Of a stretch of 64,000 bases of DNA, positions 7,761-18,074 are shown one piece after another. Origin of the DNA: a virus; the IMG/VR virus record IMGVR_UViG_3300023296_000994; one strand, given 5' to 3'. Made by a program: the position numbers and the translations under genes. The notes below the pieces were generated by a model. That model had not been told where the DNA came from. It did no database searches and saw nothing but the letters and a program-made list of their open reading frames with translations. Within the stretch, counting starts at the first letter, position 1; each line of letters begins with the position of its first letter.

Positions 7761-9839
7761 TTACTTATTAATAAACAGTTTGTTAATTGATTTCGAAAGA
7801 GGGAGCAGTTCAGCCACCGATATGTCCTGCGAATCTTTTTCACCGTACATACGTTGGAATGTGGATAGATGATCGTTATGTACGTCATCATTGATAAAAT
7901 AACTGAGTATTTTAATCCCACGGGCTTTCATTTTATTTATTTCGTTACGAGTATATGCCTGGGCATACGCGCCAAGGAAGCTGCAGTACCCTCTTGCTGC
8001 AGCGGAAGTATATCGGCCGAAAGGCATTCCATCTGAAAAGTTTATGAAGTAACTTTGCCGATTGTTATTTGAATCTAAGATTTGCGATTGAATTGCTTCG
8101 AAGCAAAGGCCTTCGGGTGTAGACTGTCCATTAGGATTAATAAATTTAAATAGATTCTTAATTTTACTAATCTTATCTTTATCGGAGTCATATGCTATTA
8201 ATACAATCGGGTTAACAATATTGGTGTTTTTTGGGTTACATACCGATCGATAACTGATAACCACCCGAATATTATTAGACATTGAACAAGCTTTGGCGAT
8301 AGCGGCAACTGCCGTTTGTGTATTGAGCCACTTAATACCGTACATTGATGCCGATGCATCGACTGTAAGATGAACAAATGCGTCTGAATATTTGCTGGCG
8401 CGATTTACTTCAAATACAATATCTGACCCATATCCAAGCGCGGATATCATTCGTTTGTCAATTCGCCCCTGTCGTTGTCGATTATACTTGGTATGAGTTT
8501 CATAATTACGAATCATTAACTTCTTACCTAGTGCCTTTCCGAGCGACAATCCAATATCAATATGGGTTTGATTTCGCGTTTCTCTACTGCATGAAAGTCC
8601 CTGGCTATTATTAAAACTACGTAGATATACATCAGTTTTCATAATATTTGCGTCAAATACATTAAGTACAATACACTGTGTCAATCCGCCTTTTTCAAAA
8701 CCGTACATAGTAGACGTATTTACATCTACCTTAGAAACATCAGAATTAGCCAATTGATTAATTTCTGCAGCTTGCTTCTTACTTATTGAAGTTTTTTTTA
8801 TATTATCATTAATAAAGGCTTTTTGTACTTTAATAGCTTTATCCAACTTCTTTTGTAGAGTAGCGGATAATTTACTACTTGGAACAGGAGTAGAAGTGTC
8901 ATCTGGACTGTCTTCGCCTTCCGTACTAGAGTCATTTGAATCATTTGAATCATCAGAGTCATTTGAATCATTTGAATCATCAGAGTCATTTGAATCATTT
9001 GAATCATCAGAGTCATTTGAATCATCAGAGTCACCTGAATCATCAGAGTCACCTGAATCACCGGATGTATCTTTATCTGGCTCCTGACTTTTTTGAGATG
9101 GAACGTTTACTATTGAATCATTAATAACCTTATAAACATCCTGAGCGACAATAAAGGCTTCTTCAGTTGACTTAAGCCTAGCGATGTTACTGATATCAAT
9201 CATTTCCCATACTTGTCTAAGTAAAGGAAGCGTATCCAAATTACGATTTGGATTGGTAAAGTTAATAATGTGAAACATATAATCATCAAATGACGTGGGG
9301 TCATTCTTTTCTCCAAGCTTCAAAGCTTTGTCGATTATAGTATTATTGAAATATCGACTATAAAGTGCTTCATAGTATCCGGTGTAACCTGGCGAATTGG
9401 AATAGATAAATTTGTCAATTCTACGATCTTCAATTATATTCAACAACGTCTTAACCGTTGATTTATGAAAATAATCATGAAACATGATACTATGCGGAGA
9501 AAATACAGTTTGAATATATTTAAAATCAGTTAATAGAATGTGACTACCTTCATGAAGCGCCAGACCTACTACTGAATCAAATGTTTTTTGTGATATATTA
9601 GACCCGATTGTGATATTTTCACCATCGGTATAACTATTATCATTCGTACCATATGAAACGCCGATATCAGTACGATTGGTTACAATCCGTACAAAGTTAG
9701 ATATGGCACGTTGATAGGAGGCCAATACTACAGGGTCCGCGAACCGTGCCGAAGCCACAGCTGTGTTCACGGGCATTCCGTAGTTGTTGTTATCTGAAAG
9801 CCAGAATGATGAATGTAGGTCCATGTTTGGTAGTGTCAT
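7761..9839 (-). CDS. Metallopeptidase-like (HExxH) plus acidic linker plus VWA domain protein (CobT-like partner of the AAA+ ATPase)
   Basis: LHEGSH, NIIEDRRI, DASASM MIDAS motif, TPEG, FSDGMP. Confidence 0.85.
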   Translation of the reverse strand: MTLPNMDLHSSFWLSDNNNYGMPVNTAVASARFADPVVLASYQRAISNFVRIVTNRTDIGVSYGTNDNSYTDGENITIGSNISQKTFDSVVGLALHEGSHILLTDFKYIQTVFSPHSIMFHDYFHKSTVKTLLNIIEDRRIDKFIYSNSPGYTGYYEALYSRYFNNTIIDKALKLGEKNDPTSFDDYMFHIINFTNPNRNLDTLPLLRQVWEMIDISNIARLKSTEEAFIVAQDVYKVINDSIVNVPSQKSQEPDKDTSGDSGDSDDSGDSDDSNDSDDSNDSNDSDDSNDSNDSDDSNDSNDSSTEGEDSPDDTSTPVPSSKLSATLQKKLDKAIKVQKAFINDNIKKTSISKKQAAEINQLANSDVSKVDVNTSTMYGFEKGGLTQCIVLNVFDANIMKTDVYLRSFNNSQGLSCSRETRNQTHIDIGLSLGKALGKKLMIRNYETHTKYNRQRQGRIDKRMISALGYGSDIVFEVNRASKYSDAFVHLTVDASASMYGIKWLNTQTAVAAIAKACSMSNNIRVVISYRSVCNPKNTNIVNPIVLIAYDSDKDKISKIKNLFKFINPNGQSTPEGLCFEAIQSQILDSNNNRQSYFINFSDGMPFGRYTSAAARGYCSFLGAYAQAYTRNEINKMKARGIKILSYFINDDVHNDHLSTFQRMYGEKDSQDISVAELLPLSKSINKLFINK
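8929..9062 (-). repeat. Coding tandem repeat (27/18/9-nt units encoding SDDSNDSND and SDDSGD)
   Basis: gagtcatttgaatcatttgaatcatca occurs three times, followed by 18-nt variants. Confidence 0.9.
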
Positions 9840-10006
9840 TGGTTACAGTACTAAGATACGCACTGGGACGGTAGCATCCAAATAAATCTACGTTTGTTAA
9901 CAATTATTTAACATTAGACGATGATATAGTGTCCTAAACATTGGACGTACAACGCCAATCATGCATTATAGTACAATATACGGACTATTGATGACTAATC
10001 CAAATA

Positions 10007-10201
10007 TTAATCAAAATACTTTTTTGCTAATTTAATGGCCATTGGCTCATCGATTAGTCCTGCCTTATATAACTTTCTGTAATAGTTTGAATCTTCCGAT
10101 GTATGGTCTTTGGCTATTTTTAATGCTAATTTAGCATTATCTGTATGTTCCATTTCAACCGATGTACCAACTACCAGTTCACCACGATTTGGCTTACTCA
10201 T
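10007..10201 (-). CDS. DUF5661-like small phage protein
   Basis: G..VEMEHT....A.KIA.DH..E...YY.KL. Confidence 0.7.
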   Translation of the reverse strand: MSKPNRGELVVGTSVEMEHTDNAKLALKIAKDHTSEDSNYYRKLYKAGLIDEPMAIKLAKKYFD

Positions 10202-12111
10202 ATATTAATCCTCTTATCCGGTGTGTTGAAATCTTTTTTCCTCATAACCGTTTTAGCAATAGCCCTATTACTTTTTTTCATAAACGGAATGTTTATGTTT
10301 GTCCTATCATCTGTAGTTACAACTTGTTTGTACTTATTTAAGAAGGTAACAAACTCTTTTTTCTTTCTACTCAAGCGCTTAAAAAAGCCGATCAGTTCTG
10401 CACCGGATATATCTTTTTCATTCCTTGGGTCATTAAGTCTATCGAAAAAATGCTGACCTGTAAGTACAATATCAACCGGGTCCAATTGCTTGTCGGCAAA
10501 TTTGTCGATTTTTTGTAAATCAGCCATAGGTATTTCAGTTAAGAATGATTCACCTAATCCACCTTTATCAAATTTATTAGAGAATTTCACCAGCTTACCA
10601 AATTCAGGGTCTTGAGCAAACTTCTTTTGTTTTTCTGGTCTCATCACACCGAAGTTCTGTACGCGCATATGATTCTTTACTATATAATATACAGTATCAA
10701 CGTTGCCACCCAATTTAGTAATTACACTACTGTATTTTTTAACTAATTCAGCGGATACCTTTTCATGATTATAATGTGTGACTTTTCCTGTCTTGGCATG
10801 TATTCCACTTGTTTCATCTTTTCCGATATCATGAAATATTGCAGCTAAAGCGTAATCTATATGCTCACCATCCTTTAGCGCGCGATTAACTACCATGATG
10901 GTATGTTTCAATACATTTCCTTCTGGATGATAGGTTGGATTTTGACCAATGTACTTTAAGTTAAAGATTCGTTTTTGTAGTGGTGATGGTAGTTTACTGT
11001 ATAATGATTTAAAGTTATTGACAACTTCATTTATAGATTCACTAAGAAACTTTTCAGTTTCCAGACGTTTCACTTCTTTTCCAATATCTTGCTTTTTAAA
11101 TCCTCTATCCATTACATCTTGACCATTTACACTTAGCTTGAACTTGACAAACTTAGATAGGTCTTTATTTACCAACTTACCCCATTCGATTATTTCCGAA
11201 TCAGATAAATCGGTATTGTCATGTAACCTCTTTAAAAGGTATATATTTTCTGGATTGAATTTATTTAACTTAATTAGGAAATCAACATCAAATGATTCTT
11301 TGTCAGTATACTTTAACTTCTTAAGGTACTTACCTACATTTGGTACATCCAACAACAAAGTAGCAAGTTGTAGCTTGTAATTGTTGTTATTGATGAAACT
11401 AGTTGAATACTTTACATTCGGAAGTATTAGATGTAATATCTTTAATGTATGGGCCAATTTCAAGTACCAAGTAGTTGATTTCGCACTTTTGATAGATTTC
11501 AGAAATTCGTCACGAATTCGTTCTGCTGATACACCATCTAAGCCTGGGCTTGTTTTTAGTGCAAGTAATGCTGACTTTTCAATTTTGCCGCCAAGTCTTG
11601 CTGCAAACCTTAGTACCCGTAGCTTTCGGAGCGGGTCTTCATCAAATCGTTCTTGTGCTACACCTACGGTACGAATCTGCTTATTCTTTAAGTCTTTGAT
11701 TCCACCTACCAGGTCGACTATCTTATCTGTTCCAATATCGTAAAAGAGAGCGTTGATAGTCAAGTCTCTACGTTTTACATCACCTTCGATATCGGTGAAA
11801 TCAACTGAATCCGGGCGCCTACCCTTGCCTATATCTTTTCTGAATGTAGCTATCTCGTGGCCACCGATAATTACAACACCAAATGATTTACCAACTTCAA
11901 CTACGCTATAACCAGCTTTCTTAGCCATAGCGATAACTTCGTCGGGTTTAGCATCTGTTGCCAAATCCCAATCCTTCGGAGTCTTACCTAATACAGCATC
12001 ACGGACAGCACCGCCAACTACATACAATTTCTTACCATTCTTTTTGAAGATACTGTGTATTTGTCGTATGTCCTTGGGTACTACTAAATTCTTTACTTCT
12101 AAGAGTACCAT
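10198..12111 (-). CDS. cca: CCA-adding tRNA nucleotidyltransferase fused to an HD domain and a third C-terminal domain
   Basis: VGGAVRD..LG..PKDWDLAT, RRDLTINA, EDPLRKLR, SAERI; HD domain HPEG..LKHT...HDIGK. Confidence 0.88.
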   Translation of the reverse strand: MVLLEVKNLVVPKDIRQIHSIFKKNGKKLYVVGGAVRDAVLGKTPKDWDLATDAKPDEVIAMAKKAGYSVVEVGKSFGVVIIGGHEIATFRKDIGKGRRPDSVDFTDIEGDVKRRDLTINALFYDIGTDKIVDLVGGIKDLKNKQIRTVGVAQERFDEDPLRKLRVLRFAARLGGKIEKSALLALKTSPGLDGVSAERIRDEFLKSIKSAKSTTWYLKLAHTLKILHLILPNVKYSTSFINNNNYKLQLATLLLDVPNVGKYLKKLKYTDKESFDVDFLIKLNKFNPENIYLLKRLHDNTDLSDSEIIEWGKLVNKDLSKFVKFKLSVNGQDVMDRGFKKQDIGKEVKRLETEKFLSESINEVVNNFKSLYSKLPSPLQKRIFNLKYIGQNPTYHPEGNVLKHTIMVVNRALKDGEHIDYALAAIFHDIGKDETSGIHAKTGKVTHYNHEKVSAELVKKYSSVITKLGGNVDTVYYIVKNHMRVQNFGVMRPEKQKKFAQDPEFGKLVKFSNKFDKGGLGESFLTEIPMADLQKIDKFADKQLDPVDIVLTGQHFFDRLNDPRNEKDISGAELIGFFKRLSRKKKEFVTFLNKYKQVVTTDDRTNINIPFMKKSNRAIAKTVMRKKDFNTPDKRINI

Positions 12112-12116
12112 AATTA

Positions 12117-12863
12117 TTATTTTTTCTTCTTACCTAACTTAAATACAATGTTAACCATAGATGGTATTGATAATGAAGATAATTTCTTTTTATTTGAATC
12201 GCTAATTTTATCATATACACTAACGATTGCTCCTGCTGAAAATAAATCAACTAATACGTTCGTACCAGTTTTAGGATCTTTTACTTTTGCCGCAGTACCC
12301 TTAGCGACAACACTTCGTATTTGAGTTATAACATCTGGGTCAGTAGTTTCAGCTATAGATTCAGTAGTTTCACTAACTCTTGATTCGTATTTATCCCATT
12401 CAGACTTAGCCATTGTACCAAGCCCGCGTATACCAGGCTTTTCCATCATTTTCATATTCTTATTCGACCACATAGCGGCCGCGTGACCCGATTTTAATAT
12501 CTTAATAAAGCGTTTTTTGCCGCTGTCTAACGTAACATATCCTACAAATTGGCCATCCATATACTTCAATTCATCAATAGTACTTTCCCGTAAGTTGAAA
12601 GTTTTGCCATAACGTTTGATTGCCAATTTTCCAGCCGAATTCAATTTAGAATTCTGACTTACAATATCCGGCGAAGCATTTTTTGTATATTTGCTAATTT
12701 GCTGGATGGCCGATTTCATAGCACTGTATTTCTTAGGATTATCACTCATTTCTGCGTAATTATCAAATGTGTTTAGTACTGATATTAAATCATCATCATT
12801 TTTAATTGCCGTACCTTTGGCTGCGTCGGCGTATGATACTTCGTTTAAATCTTTAGATTCCAT
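12117..12863 (-). CDS. Hypothetical multi-module protein, probably virion-internal
   Basis: LNE, LRE and IAE motifs at module junctions. Confidence 0.6.
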   Translation of the reverse strand: MESKDLNEVSYADAAKGTAIKNDDDLISVLNTFDNYAEMSDNPKKYSAMKSAIQQISKYTKNASPDIVSQNSKLNSAGKLAIKRYGKTFNLRESTIDELKYMDGQFVGYVTLDSGKKRFIKILKSGHAAAMWSNKNMKMMEKPGIRGLGTMAKSEWDKYESRVSETTESIAETTDPDVITQIRSVVAKGTAAKVKDPKTGTNVLVDLFSAGAIVSVYDKISDSNKKKLSSLSIPSMVNIVFKLGKKKK

Positions 12864-12875
12864 AGTGTGATTTCC

Positions 12876-13151
12876 TTAGAATGCGTTGTGTATACTATCG
12901 TAATTAGAATACATGGATTTAGCCATTGCAAATAGCTTATCATCCAATCTACGTCTAATGTTTTGATTAGCGGTTGAAAGATGACCATCTCTTCGCTGCA
13001 TTTTCATCAGCTTGTCATACGCGGCTGACAGCGTGGTATGGGCCATTGTTCTGGCTAGAACATATCTTGCTTCGGTGTGATTATTAGCATCAGTTAATTT
13101 TTCTATTGCTCGAATAGTTGTAACCGGGAGTTCACTTGCTTCGTTAATCAT
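12876..13151 (-). CDS. Hypothetical protein (MINE leader)
   Basis: ORF with a TD.N.HTEAR motif. Confidence 0.65.
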   Translation of the reverse strand: MINEASELPVTTIRAIEKLTDANNHTEARYVLARTMAHTTLSAAYDKLMKMQRRDGHLSTANQNIRRRLDDKLFAMAKSMYSNYDSIHNAF

Positions 13152-13164
13152 AGTTTATTGACTC

Positions 13165-13485
13165 TTACTTTTTCTTTCGTTTGACAATTTCAAGTGTATC
13201 GGTTCCAAACCAAGATTCACGGAGAACCTTACATTCGGATGCCCACACCGCTAATAGAGTTTCTACAAATAGTATAGATGTATTCACCAGACCTGTTACC
13301 AATCCAATTATAAATATTACAAGAGCCTTAGCCTTGGTATATGCATTAACCGAAAAGTCAACTACTGGGTCAACTACCTTATTCAGAAATGAATACCATA
13401 GATTAGAAAAGAAACCGGCTACAGTATTCCATGTATCTACAAACCAATTACCTATCTTTTCAAAAAATGATTTAATCTTTTTCAT
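13165..13485 (-). CDS. Hypothetical membrane-associated protein
   Basis: Amphipathic Trp/Phe repeats and a hydrophobic segment. Class-2 promoter at 13501-13528. Confidence 0.65.
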   Translation of the reverse strand: MKKIKSFFEKIGNWFVDTWNTVAGFFSNLWYSFLNKVVDPVVDFSVNAYTKAKALVIFIIGLVTGLVNTSILFVETLLAVWASECKVLRESWFGTDTLEIVKRKKK

Positions 13486-13515
13486 ATAAAATTCCTTTCA
13501 TATAAATATACAGAT

Positions 13516-13659
13516 TTATTTTAAATCGGTTTTTGCACGGCGTTTCTTTGGTTTCAAGGTTGAATCATCAAAACTATCGGTGAGCTTCTTTTTGCTCTTA
13601 ATCTTAACCTTTTTTGCTGGAGGGATTTCTATATAATCGTCCAAGTTAATTTTTTTCAT
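13516..13659 (-). CDS. Small basic protein (47 aa, MKKINLDDYIEIPPAKK...)
   Basis: Its ATG overlaps the stop of the upstream gene (ATGA). Not in the ORF track. Confidence 0.55.
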   Translation of the reverse strand: MKKINLDDYIEIPPAKKVKIKSKKKLTDSFDDSTLKPKKRRAKTDLK

Positions 13660-13901
13660 TTTAATCTAATCTTCAGGGGTTCAATTTTTTTTAAAAATTC
13701 GGTTATTGTGTATGTTCCACCTATATCGGTTCTTATCTTAACAACCATAAGTGCATCTGGATTATTTTCTGTCATCTTAAGTAATATATTCATAGCTTGG
13801 CCACCCCAAAATACACCAAAGCCATTATCTATACCTAATAAATTTGAATCGAAGCCGGCTGTTTCTTCTGTGTCGCCGGGCATCTGTAAATAGTATTCCA
13901 T
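13656..13901 (-). CDS. Hypothetical protein
   Basis: Coupled ORF. Confidence 0.65.
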   Translation of the reverse strand: MEYYLQMPGDTEETAGFDSNLLGIDNGFGVFWGGQAMNILLKMTENNPDALMVVKIRTDIGGTYTITEFLKKIEPLKIRLK

Positions 13902-13902
13902 A

Positions 13903-15129
13903 TTATTTGTTAATAAATATCAATTCTTTAGAATGATCTTCCAATTTATTGATAGTAATTAGTAAATTTCCTATTTTAAATTCACCTATTTCACCACTAT
14001 CTTTTATAATTTCTGATAGCTGGGCGGTTATATCATGGTCCGATTGAATGTACGTATTACCATCAATATTTACTATTACATCGTAAAAGAAATCCATTTC
14101 ACCACCATCATAGAAATTGTTGATGTGTTCTCTTAAATCAAATAGAGTATTATCTTGCTCTGATTTGATATACGAATCAATTTCATCTTCGGATAAGTCG
14201 CATTCAATCCGCGAAGCCCAGGGTTCTACTATGTGTAATAACTGCTGTGTACAATTATCAATTTTAAATTTGATAATATATTTAGGTGGAATTATTGGTT
14301 TCATATATTCATCATGCTTAACCATATGGCCCCATTTACGAATAAAATTTCGCGTTGACTTTTGATTTTGAATTAACCATTCATCTGTTTCACGATTCTT
14401 CATGAACACTTGGCCAGCTGGATTACGTGTAGCGCCATCTGCAAATCTACTTCCGCGGCAGGTCATATGATATACATAACCTTCCCATGTTTGAATGAAT
14501 TTAACACCATTCAATTGAAAGCGATTGAAGATATCTGAATCTTCTTTTGATTGTGGCGCGAATAATGGATCATGGCCTCCAATTTCTTGAAAGTCTTTTT
14601 TCCAAAATGCCCACGGTGCAAATATACCTTCTGTATTTTTATATTCTCCATCGGTATGTACCAGCCATAATAATAGAGCATCTTCATCAAATTCCTCGGT
14701 TTCAATACCAAAATCCATTATAATTTTTTCCGGACCAGGTGGATGTAATGGTGGTTCTATTCGAGTAAGTGATACTATTGTTTTTGAATCTGAATTACCT
14801 ATATTCTTTTCAATTGCATCTAATGCGACTGGACATAAATACATATCCGCATGAAATATCATACAAATATCATGAGTTGCAACTCTATTTACTAAATCAT
14901 CATATAAGATAGTATGCCCAAGACGTTTCGGGCCAGCGTTACGCATCCATTTGAAATGTTCATCACGTTCAGCAGTATCTTGGCACCATACATCAGTACC
15001 ATCATCAGAAAAGTCATCTGCCACACAAATTTCTACGGTATGGTCTCCTTGATTTCGTCTAATGGAATCATATGACCATTTAAGATATTTTAAATTATTA
15101 CGAGCCGGTTGAATTATACTAATATTCAT
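13903..15129 (-). CDS. Glycosyltransferase family 2
   Basis: ISIIQP.RN, DDFSDDGT, HADM, EDSD. Confidence 0.85.
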   Translation of the reverse strand: MNISIIQPARNNLKYLKWSYDSIRRNQGDHTVEICVADDFSDDGTDVWCQDTAERDEHFKWMRNAGPKRLGHTILYDDLVNRVATHDICMIFHADMYLCPVALDAIEKNIGNSDSKTIVSLTRIEPPLHPPGPEKIIMDFGIETEEFDEDALLLWLVHTDGEYKNTEGIFAPWAFWKKDFQEIGGHDPLFAPQSKEDSDIFNRFQLNGVKFIQTWEGYVYHMTCRGSRFADGATRNPAGQVFMKNRETDEWLIQNQKSTRNFIRKWGHMVKHDEYMKPIIPPKYIIKFKIDNCTQQLLHIVEPWASRIECDLSEDEIDSYIKSEQDNTLFDLREHINNFYDGGEMDFFYDVIVNIDGNTYIQSDHDITAQLSEIIKDSGEIGEFKIGNLLITINKLEDHSKELIFINK

Positions 15130-16073
15130 TATTGAAATTTATCATAAAATTTACTTAAAAAGATACGTTCAGAATAATGTGTATCATAAGCCTTCTGTGT
15201 AAATATACTACATTCTTTGTAGAAATCCAAATCTTGAGCTAACTTTAACATAACTTTTTTAGCAGAATGTATATCTCCTACATCTACTGTAGTTTCTGGG
15301 TGGCAGACCATTTGTGTATCCAATCCATTATAACCAATACATGGTATACCAAGGAATGCACAGTTTAGGGCAAACGTTCCAGCTGCATGTGTACGCATCA
15401 AGTGTATTCCTACCTTATACTTAGACAGCTCAGCTATCCAATCTACCCATTTCATATATGGTAAATGAACCAGGCCATCTACTTGTTCTTCTCCAACAAT
15501 CTTTCTACCCATTGACGGTATATAGACTGTATCGCTGTATTCTTTGGCTACTACATACGAATCAAATCCGCTGTACCACGAACAGAAATTACCACCTATA
15601 ATAACATCCTTTGTTTTTTCAGTTAATGGCCTGATAATAGAATTTTCAATCATAAGAGATTGTAATGTATACACGGATTTATCTGGAAAATGTCCCTGAT
15701 AATATAGTACATCAGACTTATTATGTGCAAAAATAGTATCTACCCGACTTAAAATACCATAATAATCAAACTGTTGTTCAATTGGGTAATCCTGCCAATA
15801 CCAATTCGGTCCTTCTTGCATGACTGCCAATTTACCACATGCCGGTTTCAAAGAACTTAATATGGCGTCCCAGTCATACTGGCCTTTTTTTGGTATAATT
15901 ATTATACCCAAATCATGTGATTCAAATTTACCGTGGTCCGGATTATTTTTATTTGGTAGAGTATAATGATTAGCATCGAGTGCACACATCCAAGCAAATT
16001 CCGTACGCATTTGTTCGAAGTTACGAGGTACCTTACCGGTAAATGTGTTTTCTGAAAAAAATGCTATTTTCAT
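15129..16073 (-). CDS. GT-B fold glycosyltransferase-like protein (start MKIAFF)
   Basis: GTFALNCAFLGIPCIG donor-binding-type motif. Confidence 0.65.
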   Translation of the reverse strand: MKIAFFSENTFTGKVPRNFEQMRTEFAWMCALDANHYTLPNKNNPDHGKFESHDLGIIIIPKKGQYDWDAILSSLKPACGKLAVMQEGPNWYWQDYPIEQQFDYYGILSRVDTIFAHNKSDVLYYQGHFPDKSVYTLQSLMIENSIIRPLTEKTKDVIIGGNFCSWYSGFDSYVVAKEYSDTVYIPSMGRKIVGEEQVDGLVHLPYMKWVDWIAELSKYKVGIHLMRTHAAGTFALNCAFLGIPCIGYNGLDTQMVCHPETTVDVGDIHSAKKVMLKLAQDLDFYKECSIFTQKAYDTHYSERIFLSKFYDKFQ

Positions 16074-16702
16074 AATTTTCCTTTTAATAAGAATCCAATA
16101 TAATGATAGATTCCATCGGGCATATTTATATCTTCTAAGTTTGATTTCCAAAGAACAGGGTAGCCTCTGATATCAAACGTATCCAGTGTATAATGTGATA
16201 TGTGTTCACCAAAACAATCATCTACCGTATCTACTGTGGATATAAATGCGTATTCACAATGGTCTAAGATATTATCAATGATTTTATAATTGACTCCTTC
16301 TTCTATGTGTTCAATAGTTTCAAGGCATGTAATATAGCCAAAGTCAGCTTCAATTGGATTTAATAAAATATCCCTACATTCAAATGTACATAGTGGCGAC
16401 TTTATAGTTGCTGCATCTATAGCAGTCTTGGAAAAGTCGTACCCTGTACATTCCCACTCTGGATGATTTTGTTTAAAATATTCAATAGCGTATCCTGCTG
16501 CACACCCTACATCAAGAATACTATTACGTTCGAATGATTCGCCATTGATTCCAAGTATATCGGACGCAATTTTAACATAGCTTGAATCTTCAATTGTGGT
16601 GAAATCGTATTCGGTATTTACTTCATACTGTTCAGTATGTTTCTTTTCCCAGTAGTCAACTGTATTATTTCCTCTAAACATTATGCGTAAAATTTTACCC
16701 AA
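16070..16702 (-). CDS. Class I SAM methyltransferase
   Basis: ILDVGCAAG, ETIEHI. Confidence 0.85.
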   Translation of the reverse strand: MGKILRIMFRGNNTVDYWEKKHTEQYEVNTEYDFTTIEDSSYVKIASDILGINGESFERNSILDVGCAAGYAIEYFKQNHPEWECTGYDFSKTAIDAATIKSPLCTFECRDILLNPIEADFGYITCLETIEHIEEGVNYKIIDNILDHCEYAFISTVDTVDDCFGEHISHYTLDTFDIRGYPVLWKSNLEDINMPDGIYHYIGFLLKGKL

Positions 16703-17652
16703 AACTGCACCATTTCGTCCATCATGGCTTCAAATGTATATTCGGGTTCCCATCCTAATTCAGTTCTTATTTTAGTTGAATCGCCTTTTAAATATGGTAA
16801 TTCTTCTGGTCTAAGAAACTTTGGATTTTGTACAACGTAATCATTATAATCAAGTCCCAGACTACCGAAGACATAATCGCACATTTCACGGACTGAATGT
16901 GTCTTGCCTGTAGATACTACGTAGTCACCTGGTTCGTCTTGTTGTACAATGGAGTGCATTGCCCTAACATAGTCCTTTGAGTGACCCCAATCCCTATATG
17001 AATCGATATTTCCCAGTTCCAACTTATCTTGCATACCAAGTGATATACGAACCGCAGCCTTAACTACTTTATTAGTAACGAAGTTCGAGCCTCTACGTGG
17101 TGATTCATGATTAAAAAGAATACCATTGGATGCATGGAGCTTATAGGCCCGTCTGTAATTACGTACAATGTTATATCCAAATACCTTTGCGCATCCATAT
17201 GGAGATACGGGATTCATCGGTGTTGTTTCACGTTGGCAATTATCCTCATCAACTGATAAACCAAACATTTCCGAACTACTGGCTTGATAAAACTTGGCTT
17301 TTGGACAACTTCGCCTATAAGCTTCCATCACATTCAATACACCTATGGCATTTGTTTGTACTGTGAATTGTGGAATATCAAAACTAATTCTAACGTGGCT
17401 TTGTGCTGCCAAATTATATATTTCATCTGGTTGTATGTCGTCCAGTAGTTTTTCTATTCCACCTTGATCTAATAAATCACCATAGTAGGTATTGATTTTA
17501 TCTTGAATATCCGTTATACGGGTATCTTGATGTTCTGGAACAGAATTTCTGCGGACTATACCATGTACTTCATATCCCAATGAAAGTAAATATTCGGCCA
17601 GGTACGATCCGTCCTGTCCTGAAATTCCCGTGATAAATGCTTTTTTACTCAT
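16681..17652 (-). CDS. gmd: GDP-mannose 4,6-dehydratase
   Basis: ITGISGQDGSYL, NLAAQSHV, QASSSEMFG, SPYGCAK, LFNHESPRRG. Confidence 0.95.
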   Translation of the reverse strand: MSKKAFITGISGQDGSYLAEYLLSLGYEVHGIVRRNSVPEHQDTRITDIQDKINTYYGDLLDQGGIEKLLDDIQPDEIYNLAAQSHVRISFDIPQFTVQTNAIGVLNVMEAYRRSCPKAKFYQASSSEMFGLSVDEDNCQRETTPMNPVSPYGCAKVFGYNIVRNYRRAYKLHASNGILFNHESPRRGSNFVTNKVVKAAVRISLGMQDKLELGNIDSYRDWGHSKDYVRAMHSIVQQDEPGDYVVSTGKTHSVREMCDYVFGSLGLDYNDYVVQNPKFLRPEELPYLKGDSTKIRTELGWEPEYTFEAMMDEMVQFWVKFYA

Positions 17653-17658
17653 TACTTG

Positions 17659-18072
17659 TTAAAGATTTTCATTTGTGTTAAATTTGTAACCCTTGAATTT
17701 ACCTTTGGTTACGGGTTTCTTTTTTTCAATACTATTTCGTATAGCAGTAATTGATATTCCTAATGTTTCGGATGCCTCACTAATAGTGGGAAACGTAACT
17801 TCGTTTTTATCACCATCTATACATTTTACAGAACAACCAACACCATACATAGGGTTATTAATCCCGTGTTTAACTTCACTCATTTTATCAATGGTTTCCT
17901 TACGATGTTTTTTACCATACATAGGATGATTTTCACCCTTTATAGAATCTGATATACGTTGTTTAACATCGTCATTCCATTTTGTCCCAGTTCTTGATTC
18001 CGATATTTTTTTCTTGGCTTCATCAGTATGTGTTTTACCATACATTCCATTTTCCTTACCGTGATGTACCAT
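17659..18072 (-). mobile_element. NUMOD3/NUMOD1 DNA-binding protein (homing endonuclease lacking its nuclease domain)
   Basis: Repeated N.MYGK.H..E...KIS motifs and an F.TISEAS..LG HTH, with no catalytic domain. Confidence 0.7.
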
Positions 18073-18074
18073 TT

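Noticed and set aside
8929-9062. CRISPR array
   Set aside because: The repeats are contiguous, have no spacers and encode an in-frame low-complexity linker.
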